Positions 7,888-17,600 of a DNA stretch of 43,808 bases are shown here, one piece after another (position 1 is the first letter of the stretch; the number at the start of each line of letters is the position of its first letter). The DNA comes from a virus (lineage: Duplodnaviria; Caudoviricetes). The translations under genes and the position numbers were made by a program. The stretch is from positions 1 to 43,808 of the IMG/VR virus record IMGVR_UViG_3300028843_000092, one strand, 5' to 3'. A model generated the notes under the pieces. That model saw only the letters and a program-made list of their open reading frames with translations, was not told the origin of the DNA and made no database searches.

Positions 7888-8916
7888 ATGGCTTATGTAC
7901 CATATGCGGGAGGCGAACTCCCCAATCTCGTCAACGTTACCAAGCGGCTGGACCCCGATGGTTCCATCGCAAGTATCGCTGAATTGCTGGCTCAGTCCAA
8001 CCCCATCCTTCAGGACATTCCGCTAGTCGAAGGCAACCTGCCTACCGGTCACCGTACCACGGTTCGTTCGGATACCCCTGACCCCACCTGGCGCATGCTC
8101 AACTACGGTGTTCGTCCCACCAAGTCCACTACCGCCCAGGTCGATGACACCATCGGTATGCTGGAGGCCTTCTCCGAGGTCGACAAAGATTTGGCCATGC
8201 TGAATGGTAATACCGCTGACTTCCGCCTGTCTGAGGACATTCCTCATCTGGAAGGCATGTCGAATACAATGGCAGAGACCCTGTTCTACGGCGACACCAA
8301 GACCAACCCTGAACGTTTCTTGGGCCTGGCCCCTCGCTATGGCGTGGTTGACCTGTCCCCTACCAAGCCCGATGCTCAGACTGAGTCGGCTCATCTGCCT
8401 CATGTCATTGACAACGGTGGCACCGGCAATGACCTGACCTCCCTGTATTACATCGTATGGGGCATGAACACCGTTCACGGTATCTACCCCAAGGGCTCTA
8501 AGGCTGGCCTTATCTCCGAAGACCTCGGCGAGATGACCCTGCATGACAACGACGGCGGCCGCTTCCGCGGTTACCAGAGCCACTACCAGTGGAAGATGGG
8601 CATGGCCGTTCGTGATTGGCGTTATATCGTTCGCGTTGCCAACGTCGACCTGAACGGTATTGACACTTCTGCCAATCAGATCGCTCTGTACAACGACATG
8701 ATTAAGGCCATGCATGCTGTCCCAGCTGCCGGTCGTAATCGTGGTTCGTTCTACTGCGGTGCCGCGGTTTCCGCCATGCTCGACTTCGCCTCTACTGAGA
8801 AGCACAACGCTGCCCTCGGTCTGACTGAAGTCTTCGGTGAAGAAGTCCTGGCTTTCCGTCGCCGTCCCATTCGCGAATGCAACGCCATCCTTGAGACGGA
8901 GACGCAAGTCGTCTAA
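7888..8916 (+). CDS. Major capsid protein
   Basis: 342 aa; EGNLPTGHRTTVR, WR.LNYGV, GIYPKGSKAGL, VRDWRYIVR; strong codon bias; AAGGA RBS. Confidence 0.93.
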   Translation: MAYVPYAGGELPNLVNVTKRLDPDGSIASIAELLAQSNPILQDIPLVEGNLPTGHRTTVRSDTPDPTWRMLNYGVRPTKSTTAQVDDTIGMLEAFSEVDKDLAMLNGNTADFRLSEDIPHLEGMSNTMAETLFYGDTKTNPERFLGLAPRYGVVDLSPTKPDAQTESAHLPHVIDNGGTGNDLTSLYYIVWGMNTVHGIYPKGSKAGLISEDLGEMTLHDNDGGRFRGYQSHYQWKMGMAVRDWRYIVRVANVDLNGIDTSANQIALYNDMIKAMHAVPAAGRNRGSFYCGAAVSAMLDFASTEKHNAALGLTEVFGEEVLAFRRRPIRECNAILETETQVV

Positions 8917-8947
8917 GCCCCGCCTCAACAATATTTGGAGAAACAAG

Positions 8948-9232
8948 ATGATTTTGGACAATGAAGTAAAACTGACGAATAATGTTACTTTCGATCTGGG
9001 AACTAAGAAGCCCGGCCCCGGCCAGTCCATCAAGCTGTTCGCCTCGGGCGTTGGTTCTTTTATCTCGATTGATCACGGCGCTACCGCCGGGGCTCTTAGC
9101 CTCCTCCTCAGCCTGGATGCCATCGACGACGTGGAGTTCGAGCTTCCCTCGAATACTCGCCAGTATATCGTCGTCAAATTTACTGGTGGCTCTGTCACCA
9201 TGAGTCTCGGCGGTAACCAGACTGCCACTTAA
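8948..9232 (+). CDS. Capsid cement/decoration protein (Bbp16-like)
   Basis: MILD start, DLG, LP...RQYI; directly after the capsid gene; GGAG RBS. Confidence 0.65.
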   Translation: MILDNEVKLTNNVTFDLGTKKPGPGQSIKLFASGVGSFISIDHGATAGALSLLLSLDAIDDVEFELPSNTRQYIVVKFTGGSVTMSLGGNQTAT

Positions 9233-9266
9233 CCGATTGGGGCTTCGGCCCTACGAGGAACCTACC

Positions 9267-9587
9267 ATGAAACAAGTATGTCGAAAAACCTGCCAACTTC
9301 GTATCAACGACCGCATCATTTTTGTGCGTCGTGGTGAAGTGGTGGAATATGCTGGCACACACAAAGCTATGGAGCCAGTAGAGGGTGAGGACTATGTTTT
9401 GAGCCCCTTGACGGCGTCCTTTGACGAATTGATGGAAGCTGAGTGGGAGCTCAATGATTTGCGAAAGTTTGCTCGTGAGAATTTCGGTGTGGCACTGAAG
9501 ACCAGTAGCACTGATTCTCGAAAGATCCAACTGGAAGCTTTTCTCGATGCTCGCTATCGCTCAGTAACGGCTAAGGCAGACGCATGA
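9267..9587 (+). CDS. Hypothetical protein
   Basis: GAGGA RBS before ATG 9267; ATGA overlap with the next gene. Confidence 0.7.
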   Translation: MKQVCRKTCQLRINDRIIFVRRGEVVEYAGTHKAMEPVEGEDYVLSPLTASFDELMEAEWELNDLRKFARENFGVALKTSSTDSRKIQLEAFLDARYRSVTAKADA

Positions 9588-10213
9588 GTTATTCGCCAGT
9601 CAGTATTTCGAATTTGGCTCTCGCTACTATTGGCGAGACTGCCATCAGGGACTTTAATGAGGACAACAAGAGGGCTCGCATGTGCCAGACCTTTTTTGTT
9701 CCCACTAGAGATTACCTGCTGTCGAAGTTTGACTGGCCGTTTGCTCGTAAGTTTGCAAAGTTGAATGTTGCAATCTTGCCTGAAGATGCGAGAATCGAAG
9801 GCTATAGCTACTACGGTCTGCCGCAAGACTACCTAGTGGCCCGCGATTTGCATCCTCGGAATGGCAGGAATAGCTGGGAGATTATGGGGGAGTACCTTGT
9901 AACTTTTCAGCCAGTGCAAGGATTGTACTACACCTCACAGATCTCCGATACTGCCCGTTTCTCGGATGGTTTCGTTAACTTATTGGCCTTAGGAATGTCA
10001 GTCAGATTAGCCCCAGTGCTTACTTCTGACAAAGCCCTTGCTAAGGCCCTTTATACTCAGTATCAGCGAGAGCAAGTCAATACCTGGGAGTCGGAAGCTA
10101 ACGTCGGTAATGCCTACCGTCACCCAGACAACGACCCTAACCTCGACACTTTTGTTAATGTCGAAGGTGAGAGGCTTCCTTACTGTACCGTGCTTGAGCA
10201 GACTAACTCCTGA
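9584..10213 (+). CDS. Tail tubular protein A / head-tail adaptor
   Basis: ISNLAL..IG, RD.LL...W.FA, Y.LP.D, LA..L motifs. Confidence 0.85.
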   Translation: MSYSPVSISNLALATIGETAIRDFNEDNKRARMCQTFFVPTRDYLLSKFDWPFARKFAKLNVAILPEDARIEGYSYYGLPQDYLVARDLHPRNGRNSWEIMGEYLVTFQPVQGLYYTSQISDTARFSDGFVNLLALGMSVRLAPVLTSDKALAKALYTQYQREQVNTWESEANVGNAYRHPDNDPNLDTFVNVEGERLPYCTVLEQTNS

Positions 10214-12045
10214 TGGCTACTTATCGTTTAACTCAGTCGTTCTCAGCAGGGCTCTTTAGCCCTCTGATGGGCGCACGAGTTGATTTCGCTCGGTACCCCA
10301 ACAGCTGTAAGCAACTGCACAACATGATCAGTCTAGCTCAGGGGCCTGCCGCTCGGCGTCCTGGAATGCGGTTTATTTATGATATGACCGCGGTTAGCAT
10401 GTCCCTGATAGACCCTAAGATAAGACTTGTTCCGTTTATCTTCAACGAAGAGCAAGCTTATGCTCTGATATTTTTCAAGCACATTGATGGGCTGATTCAT
10501 CTGGTATTCGGAGACCAAAACGGGTTGATTGTTTACCCTAGTCCTCCTCCTACTGAATGCCCCTCCGGTACCCCCTCAAATCCCTTGCCAGTAGCCGGGG
10601 AGGTTATGTCTCTTTCCCTAGTGGCTGGCTGGGACATTAAAAACTTTGACTATGCACAGTCCGGCGATGAGCTCTACATCACTCAATCGGGTTTAGCTCC
10701 ACGAGTTATCACTAGGCACGATCTGTATTGCTGGTCGTTGGCCTCTATTACCTTTACAGACGCTCCCTCAGACTGGTCTAATGCGAACGGCTGGCCTGAG
10801 AGGGTAGCATTCCATCAGCAAAGGCTTGCCTTTGCAGCCTCAAGCTTGAAACGTCAGACTGTGTGGTTGAGTAAAGCTGGCGACTTCTTCGATTTCGGAG
10901 TATCAAGTCCATTGATTGACTCTGATGCTATTACTTTCACTCTTGATAGCGGTACCCAGAACAAGATTGTTTGGATGGTGTCCACCAAGACTCTGAATCT
11001 TGGAACCATCGGTAACGAGTGGACTGTTTCAGGTTCGACTCGTGCTGCTCTGACTCCTTCCAATGTGCTGGCTCAGCGGCAGACAAGCCGAGGCGGAGAG
11101 CAGAATAAACCACTCCTGATTGACAGTGCTCTCTTGTTCTTGGAACGTCATGGCCGAGTTCTTAATGAATTTATCTATAACTTTTCTGACGATAACTTCG
11201 CCAACTCAGACATCTCAGTTCTCTCGTCTCACCTGACCGACCCAGCCCCGATCGTCGACTGGACGTATCAGCAGTCACCTTCTAGTATTGTGTGGGCCAT
11301 CCGCGGTGACGGTGAAATGCTCGGGATAACCTACCAACGAAGGCAGAAGATTGTCGGCTGGCACTCTCACTCTACTGCCGGTGAGTTCTTGGCGATTACA
11401 AGTGTGCCAGGCGATGAGCGAGAGGACGAAGTTTGGTTCGCTGTCCAGCGGCCCAACGGTAAGATCTACATCGAGAAGATGCATCGCGAATTCATCCATG
11501 ACTCATTAGACACTTCTGCTAGATTCCTTGATAGTTTCTCAGAGTACTCTGGTGTGCCGGTCGACTCGTTGTCTGGCCTTGACTATCTGGAAGGTTTTGA
11601 GGTTGTCGGCTATGTCGACGGTTCGGCACACCCTCCCATGACGGTGGTCAACGGGACTGTTCAACTTAACGGTTTCTACTCTCAAGTGGCTATCGGTCTG
11701 CCTTATGTCTCGACTCTCGAACCTAATTTGAAGGATGCCTCTGATACCAGTGGCACCTCTATCGGTCGTACACAGCGAATCATCGATGTGTATATTGACT
11801 TCTATAGGACGGTTGGTGGTTACTTCGGTAAGACCGGCCATACTGACTCCGATGATACCATCGAGGAAATACCTTTCCGAGTACCTACTGACTTGACAGG
11901 GCAACCCGTTCCTTTGACCACTGGCATTATCAAGCTCAGTTTTCCAGAAGGGTTCGACTCTGAGTCTAACTACTTTCTACAACAACGGCAACCATTGCCT
12001 ATGACGGTCAGGGCTGTCACTGATTTGGTGGAAGTAAATGACTAG
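10213..12045 (+). CDS. Tail tubular protein B / nozzle
   Basis: SFSAG..SP...R.D, P..V.FHQQRL.F, W.S..GDF.DF, GWH.H, GLPY. Confidence 0.88.
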   Translation: MATYRLTQSFSAGLFSPLMGARVDFARYPNSCKQLHNMISLAQGPAARRPGMRFIYDMTAVSMSLIDPKIRLVPFIFNEEQAYALIFFKHIDGLIHLVFGDQNGLIVYPSPPPTECPSGTPSNPLPVAGEVMSLSLVAGWDIKNFDYAQSGDELYITQSGLAPRVITRHDLYCWSLASITFTDAPSDWSNANGWPERVAFHQQRLAFAASSLKRQTVWLSKAGDFFDFGVSSPLIDSDAITFTLDSGTQNKIVWMVSTKTLNLGTIGNEWTVSGSTRAALTPSNVLAQRQTSRGGEQNKPLLIDSALLFLERHGRVLNEFIYNFSDDNFANSDISVLSSHLTDPAPIVDWTYQQSPSSIVWAIRGDGEMLGITYQRRQKIVGWHSHSTAGEFLAITSVPGDEREDEVWFAVQRPNGKIYIEKMHREFIHDSLDTSARFLDSFSEYSGVPVDSLSGLDYLEGFEVVGYVDGSAHPPMTVVNGTVQLNGFYSQVAIGLPYVSTLEPNLKDASDTSGTSIGRTQRIIDVYIDFYRTVGGYFGKTGHTDSDDTIEEIPFRVPTDLTGQPVPLTTGIIKLSFPEGFDSESNYFLQQRQPLPMTVRAVTDLVEVND

Positions 12046-13006
12046 TGGAGCAGCGTCAGGAGCAGTGTCAGGAGCTGCCTCTGGGGCAGCGGCAGGGGCT
12101 GTTCTGGGGCCTTGGGGAGCGGCTATCGGAGGCATAGTAGGCGGTGTCGTTGGCCTATTTTCAGGAAAGTCTGCTGACGACCAGCAAGAGAGCCAGGCTG
12201 CCTGGGCGCAGTACAACAGTGTGGTTCAGTACAACACCTCTATTGCCAATGCACAGTCCCTGTATGACCTCTCAACCTACAATGCAGTTCTCTCTAAGCA
12301 GCTCACTGAGGCCAATGTAGCCAGCGGTCTGAGCAAGTCAAGGTATAATGCTGCCCTTGTTCGTGCCACTACTCAGTATAACTCTGACTTGCTTGACATT
12401 CAGCTCGGGGCTATCTGGGAAGACTTAGACCTAGACCTTGTCCACCTTGAGAATTACAGACAACGTGAGAAAGGGGCTATAGTAGCTGACCAAGGTGCCT
12501 CTGGCACTCTTATTGGCGAAGGCAGTAACTTCGAGGCAGTGAGCAGCCAGACTGCCCAACGGGCTCTGGATGCCAACGCGCTGATGTTCGGCGCTGAGCG
12601 GCAGGCAGCCAATGTCGAGAATGCAAAAGCCAAGAACAATTGGGAAGGCAGTGTTGCTACTCAGAACTTGCTGTACGAAGGCCAGCAGGCAGCCCAATCA
12701 GCTCGACTCTCTAACTTCTATCAAACCCAGGGAAGTCTCGCTACGGCCGCAGTTACCGCGAATGCTCAGACTAGGTCGGCTCAGAATGCTCTTGCTGCTG
12801 GCGGCACTTCAATCCAGCTGAACTCTGAGTATCAGAGCTTGCAGAATACTCAAGACTTAACTGCCGGGCTGTTCCAAGCAGCTGGGAGTGGTATTAGGAG
12901 TCTTCAGATTAATTCGCAATATGACCCTTCGGTATCTAACTTCGTAAAGACTGGGAACTTCTTGAAGGCCCCTGAAACTCCTCCCACTGTGGCGGTAGGC
13001 TCCTAA
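12038..13006 (+). CDS. Internal virion (ejection) protein with N-terminal glycine zipper
   Basis: GAASGAAAG..GPWGAAIGGIVGG; ASG...GS motif; follows the nozzle. Confidence 0.7.
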   Translation: MTSGAASGAVSGAASGAAAGAVLGPWGAAIGGIVGGVVGLFSGKSADDQQESQAAWAQYNSVVQYNTSIANAQSLYDLSTYNAVLSKQLTEANVASGLSKSRYNAALVRATTQYNSDLLDIQLGAIWEDLDLDLVHLENYRQREKGAIVADQGASGTLIGEGSNFEAVSSQTAQRALDANALMFGAERQAANVENAKAKNNWEGSVATQNLLYEGQQAAQSARLSNFYQTQGSLATAAVTANAQTRSAQNALAAGGTSIQLNSEYQSLQNTQDLTAGLFQAAGSGIRSLQINSQYDPSVSNFVKTGNFLKAPETPPTVAVGS

Positions 13007-14637
13007 TGGCTGAATTTACCCTAGCCTCGTCGGGTATCAGCACCAAGCCCGGCGGCGGCAGCCTGAATCCTCAACTACGCCAAGGTTCCACCTTGGTAGC
13101 AGCTGGCACTGGTGCGATTAACCCCTATGCCGGCCTTGAGAGGTTCACTCCTGTTAAGCCTGCCCGCCAGACTCGGGATCGAACCCCCGCTGCTGTGAAC
13201 AGCTTTCTGGGTACGGTGTCGCAGGCTGCAGTCAATGTCTTCCAACAGGAAGCGGCTGTACTCAGCCAGAGAACTGCCAGCGATTATGAGCTCGGCCTTA
13301 TCAAAGCATTCGGCGAGCTCGGAGACGAAAGAGCCACTAATAACAATCTCCCCTCTTTAGCGGCTTTTGAAGCCCAGGCAGAGACAAGGTTTAACGGGGC
13401 TCTACAGAATCTCTCGCCGGCTGTGCGACAGCAGGCTGTGGTCCCTATGTTCGCCGCTAGGTCTAAGTATCTGCTTAAAGCAGCTGACCGCCGTGCGGCT
13501 GCCCACGCGCGGGCCGTGGCTGACCAGCGATTCGAGAACCTTAAAGTAGTGCGAAGCTCGTTTCTAGCTGACCCTACCTCTATCCACAATGTCGACCCTG
13601 TCACTGGCACCACTCTCAAGCAACGCCATGATGCTCAGTTTGAGAGTAAGGAAGCCGCAGCTAAGGGATGGTATGAGACGGTACAGGCAGTCGGTCAGTT
13701 AACCTACCTGGCTAACGGTGGCGGTGTCAATGGCTATCGAGCTGCTCAGAACTATTACACTGCAGTGGGCAACCAAGAGCTCCTAGGTGCTCCTGAGGTT
13801 TTAGCTAAGGCTCAAGGTAACCTTAAGAAGTGGTCTGAGAATGCAGTTCGTACTGCTAGTTCTGAGCTCTCGGCTTCGATACGTCTAAACGCTGCTCAGA
13901 CTAAGCAGACTCAGGAAGCCAATGAGGCTACTCTGATAGGCGAAGAACTCAATGGTAAGGTGCAGAGTCAACAAGATATAGCCTTTATGACGCTGCGCGG
14001 TGATCTTGACCCCGACATAGCCTCAGGCTATGTTGCCCGTAACTTCGCGGATAAGCGCACAGTAGCTGACCCCGAGGCTATGGTTAGGTATCGTAATCAG
14101 ATTCTTAGCACTGCTCCTAATGGATTCCGCACAGATAGAGGGATTTTGGTAATGTCAAACTTTCTTGCTGACCCTGCTGTGAATCGGGATGAAAATGCAA
14201 TTGCTGAAATAGGGGCACTCCAGAAGCAGATTACTAATCCGGCCAGTCTTGGCAGGTACAAGATGTTGAATGAGCAAGCTAGTGTAGCTATTGCTGGCAG
14301 TGTCTATACCCAGGGTTTCAGAGCCGAAGATATTGCAGAGATGCAGAATCAGGCAAGTCGCGATATCTCAACTATGCTTCGAGGAGGTATGTCTGAAAAG
14401 ACAATCTCCGAGTATATCGATGCATCTTATAACTTCAATAAAATACCTATTAATCGGTTACCTCGGCCTACTCTGGTCGCTAAGCCAGTTCAAATGATAG
14501 ATGTCCACAAAGCACGTGTTACCTACTTCGAGGCCTTCCAGTCTGGCCTAATTTCAAGGCCTCAGTATAATGCTGAAATGAGAAACCTGAGACGTTATGA
14601 AGCAGCATTTAATGAGCAGGCAGGAACTACTCCGTGA
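13006..14637 (+). CDS. Internal virion (ejection) protein
   Basis: 543 aa, Ala/Gln-rich helical composition; synteny only. Confidence 0.6.
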   Translation: MAEFTLASSGISTKPGGGSLNPQLRQGSTLVAAGTGAINPYAGLERFTPVKPARQTRDRTPAAVNSFLGTVSQAAVNVFQQEAAVLSQRTASDYELGLIKAFGELGDERATNNNLPSLAAFEAQAETRFNGALQNLSPAVRQQAVVPMFAARSKYLLKAADRRAAAHARAVADQRFENLKVVRSSFLADPTSIHNVDPVTGTTLKQRHDAQFESKEAAAKGWYETVQAVGQLTYLANGGGVNGYRAAQNYYTAVGNQELLGAPEVLAKAQGNLKKWSENAVRTASSELSASIRLNAAQTKQTQEANEATLIGEELNGKVQSQQDIAFMTLRGDLDPDIASGYVARNFADKRTVADPEAMVRYRNQILSTAPNGFRTDRGILVMSNFLADPAVNRDENAIAEIGALQKQITNPASLGRYKMLNEQASVAIAGSVYTQGFRAEDIAEMQNQASRDISTMLRGGMSEKTISEYIDASYNFNKIPINRLPRPTLVAKPVQMIDVHKARVTYFEAFQSGLISRPQYNAEMRNLRRYEAAFNEQAGTTP

Positions 14638-17600
14638 GTAACACTCTCATCCCCACACGTCCAATTGACAACTATCGCTCTGAACTAGAGCTGAGAGAAG
14701 ATCGTGCTATCGACGCCGACTACGAAAGGTCTGCAGCGGCTCTCGCTGAGGAAGAAGGGCCAGCGGCGCCAGTTAAGCTTGCCGCCGACTTTCCGCCGGC
14801 TCAGCCTACTGCTGACTGGCCGATTGACGTGCCACGCCAGCCAGACCTACCTCCGAATGATTTTATAGCTAGTCTGCCGATTGACGTGCCACGCCCGGAA
14901 GGGGTCATAGAGGCCCCACCGGTCCCTCGTGAGGCCCCTGCACCCTCCTGGTACGACGACTTCGTTCCCACCGCTGAAGGAGCCCTGGGCTTCCTGATGA
15001 AGGCCACAGGCCCTCTCGCAGCCCCTCTGGAAGGGGTCTTGGGCGGTTTCGCACATAGACCTGAGGAAGGCACCCCCATCGGCCAGGCCGTCGCTGAGAA
15101 ATTCGGTGCGGCTATCGATACCGGGAAGCGTCGTCTGTTCAACCTCCCCCCTGAGGGCGGTGGGCAACCTCGGGATGTGGCTCTGGAGGCTGTCCAGAAC
15201 TTGCTCCCTAATGCTCACCCCAGGTTCCAAGAGCACCTGAGTAAGGTGCTAGGTGTCAGCGACATCGCGGTTGGCGCTGGTCTGGCCAGCGTTGTCGGAA
15301 AGGGTATTGAGTCTGGCACGCGAGGTGCAGCAGGCCCTATTGAAGCTGGCCTACATGAAATATTCGGCGTCGGTCTCGCACGGCCAGTAGGCGCAGTCGA
15401 TAACGCGGTAAGAGCCCCGGCTCCTAAAGTACCTACCGATGAAGAACTCGGTGTGGTAAAGGCTGCCGACTTTGTCGAGGATGGCACTGAGACTTTTGTC
15501 CAGAATATTCCACCAGGTGCTGGCGGTCCAACCCCAGGACGAGCGGTCGATGGGTCCCCTATCAGTGCCACTAATGCTTATGTCTTTGCAAGTGCGTCTA
15601 ACCCTAACCGTGCTATCGGGGTGCCGTCTGTTCAGGCTAAGGTAGAGATTAGGGGGCCAGCTTACGCCGGCGAGAGTAGGTCTACCGGGGCTAATGTTGT
15701 CTATTCGCCGCAAGCCTACCCTAGCTATGCTGAGCTCCAGGCAGCTTTTGAGGCAAATCATCTTGAGTCTGGAGCAGGCAGAGCTGAAGGTTTAGTTATC
15801 GTTAAGAGGGGAGAAGACCCTACCGCTGCAGACCCTGTAGATGCTTTTGCTGCTGCTCGGGAGGGAGTCCCTCTCAGCGAGCTTGACGTCTATAGTGCGA
15901 AAGACATTAAGGCTCTTACTAATGCTGACGTAGATTACCTGCGAGATGCCGGCTACGATGGATTCTACCTAGGTAATCATGAAGGTACTCAGGGAGCTGT
16001 TGTCTTCGATAAAGCTCAGATTAAGCCGGTGCAGTACTCCGGCAAAGCTAAGCTCTTAGAAGACCCAGAGATAGCGGCTAAGCTCGAAGGAACCCAAGCC
16101 GTAGATGCTGATGGCATTCCTTTGATGCTTTGGCACGGTAGGCAAAGGCCTATTGAAAGGATTTCTACGGCTTCTGAAAGAGGCGAGACTAGCTCTTCTG
16201 CTAGGTATGATGCTGCTTTCTTCTCGACTACTCCTCAGTTTGCTAATAGCTATACTGGCTTTAGAGAGACTGTGGGAGGGAGCCTTACTCCGGTTTTCGC
16301 TAAAGTCAATAAATTCTTAGACACTGCCAACGATCCTCAGAGTCTTGAGGATTGGAAAGAAGCGTTTATGGAAGTCAATCAGTCACGGCCATCTCCTGCT
16401 CATATTGCTATGGCTAAGGGGAGCGATAACTGGACTGCTGTCGATGAGTTAGGTCAGGCTGGAGTGGACTATCTGACTGCCCAGATGGGCTATGATGCTC
16501 ATAAGATGTACGAGGACGGAGCAGAGCAGTGGGCTCTCCTCAGCCCTAGGACTCAGGTGGTACCTGCTCTTTCCAAAGGCGAGGAGCTGCCGGTTCCGGG
16601 ACCTTTGCCTGCCGCTCTGAATACTTCACCTGCTTGGCAGAAGGCTGTTGAGGAACTCAGCTCTGCTGACGTAATCACCATCGCTAGACTCGCTGAGAAG
16701 GGCGATGCAGAAGCGATGCAGAAGCTCGATGAGATTCTGGAGAGTGCCAATGTAAAGCCTGCTATCGACGAGAAGCTACAGGCCGAAGCAGACGCTATCA
16801 TGAGTAGTGTTGATGAGACTCTCGGCGACCCTCTCAAGCCCTCCTTCAATGTAGGGCAACTACCGCCTTCTGAGATACTTGATGGCAGAGCTGATCTTGA
16901 CCAGAAATATACTGTCAATATCAATCTATCAAAGCAAAATTCTCCAGAAGATGTGCAGACCCTGTTTGTTAACGTCTCTGAGTTCTTCCGTAAGGAACTC
17001 GAGGCTAGCAGAGGCGGGAGCACTGATGCAGCAGTTAACACTGCAGCCGAGACTGAAAAACTATCTGACCTACTTCATGTGCCGGTGTCTAACCTGCTGC
17101 CTCATCAAGCTAAGGCACTCAGGATTATACTGTTGTCTTCTGCTGAGAACCTTCGCGGTCTCGTTCTTAAGGCTAATGCAGGTAGTAAGCTTGACAAGAT
17201 AGCCGCACAGAAGGCTTTCGTGGTCCACACTATGTTGAACGAGAAGGCTGTTCAAGGCGCTGCTCATGCCGGTCAACTTCTTCGGTCGTATAGCCTGACA
17301 GCTACTGCTAATGTGGAACGTATGTCTGAGCTGAAACGGCTCTACGGTCAGATTCCTGACGGTGAGCTCGATCCTCAGCTATACGAAATGTTCATGATGG
17401 CCCCGGATGCAGCTACCTTGGCTAGGACTATGGCTACGGGCTCTAAGACCGGCTTGGCTAAGATGGGAGAGTTTAACTTCCAGAATGTTGCCTTTGAGAT
17501 ATTCGCGAATAATATCCTTGCCGCTCCCATTACTCATTCTGTTAACATTGCTTCTAACTTAGCGGTTATGACAATGTCACCGACTGCGGCTTTTCTCCGG

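Noticed and set aside
8023-9033. 336-aa antisense ORF over the capsid gene, and similar shadow ORFs elsewhere
   Set aside because: Explained by strong codon bias of the sense gene; no motifs or RBS.
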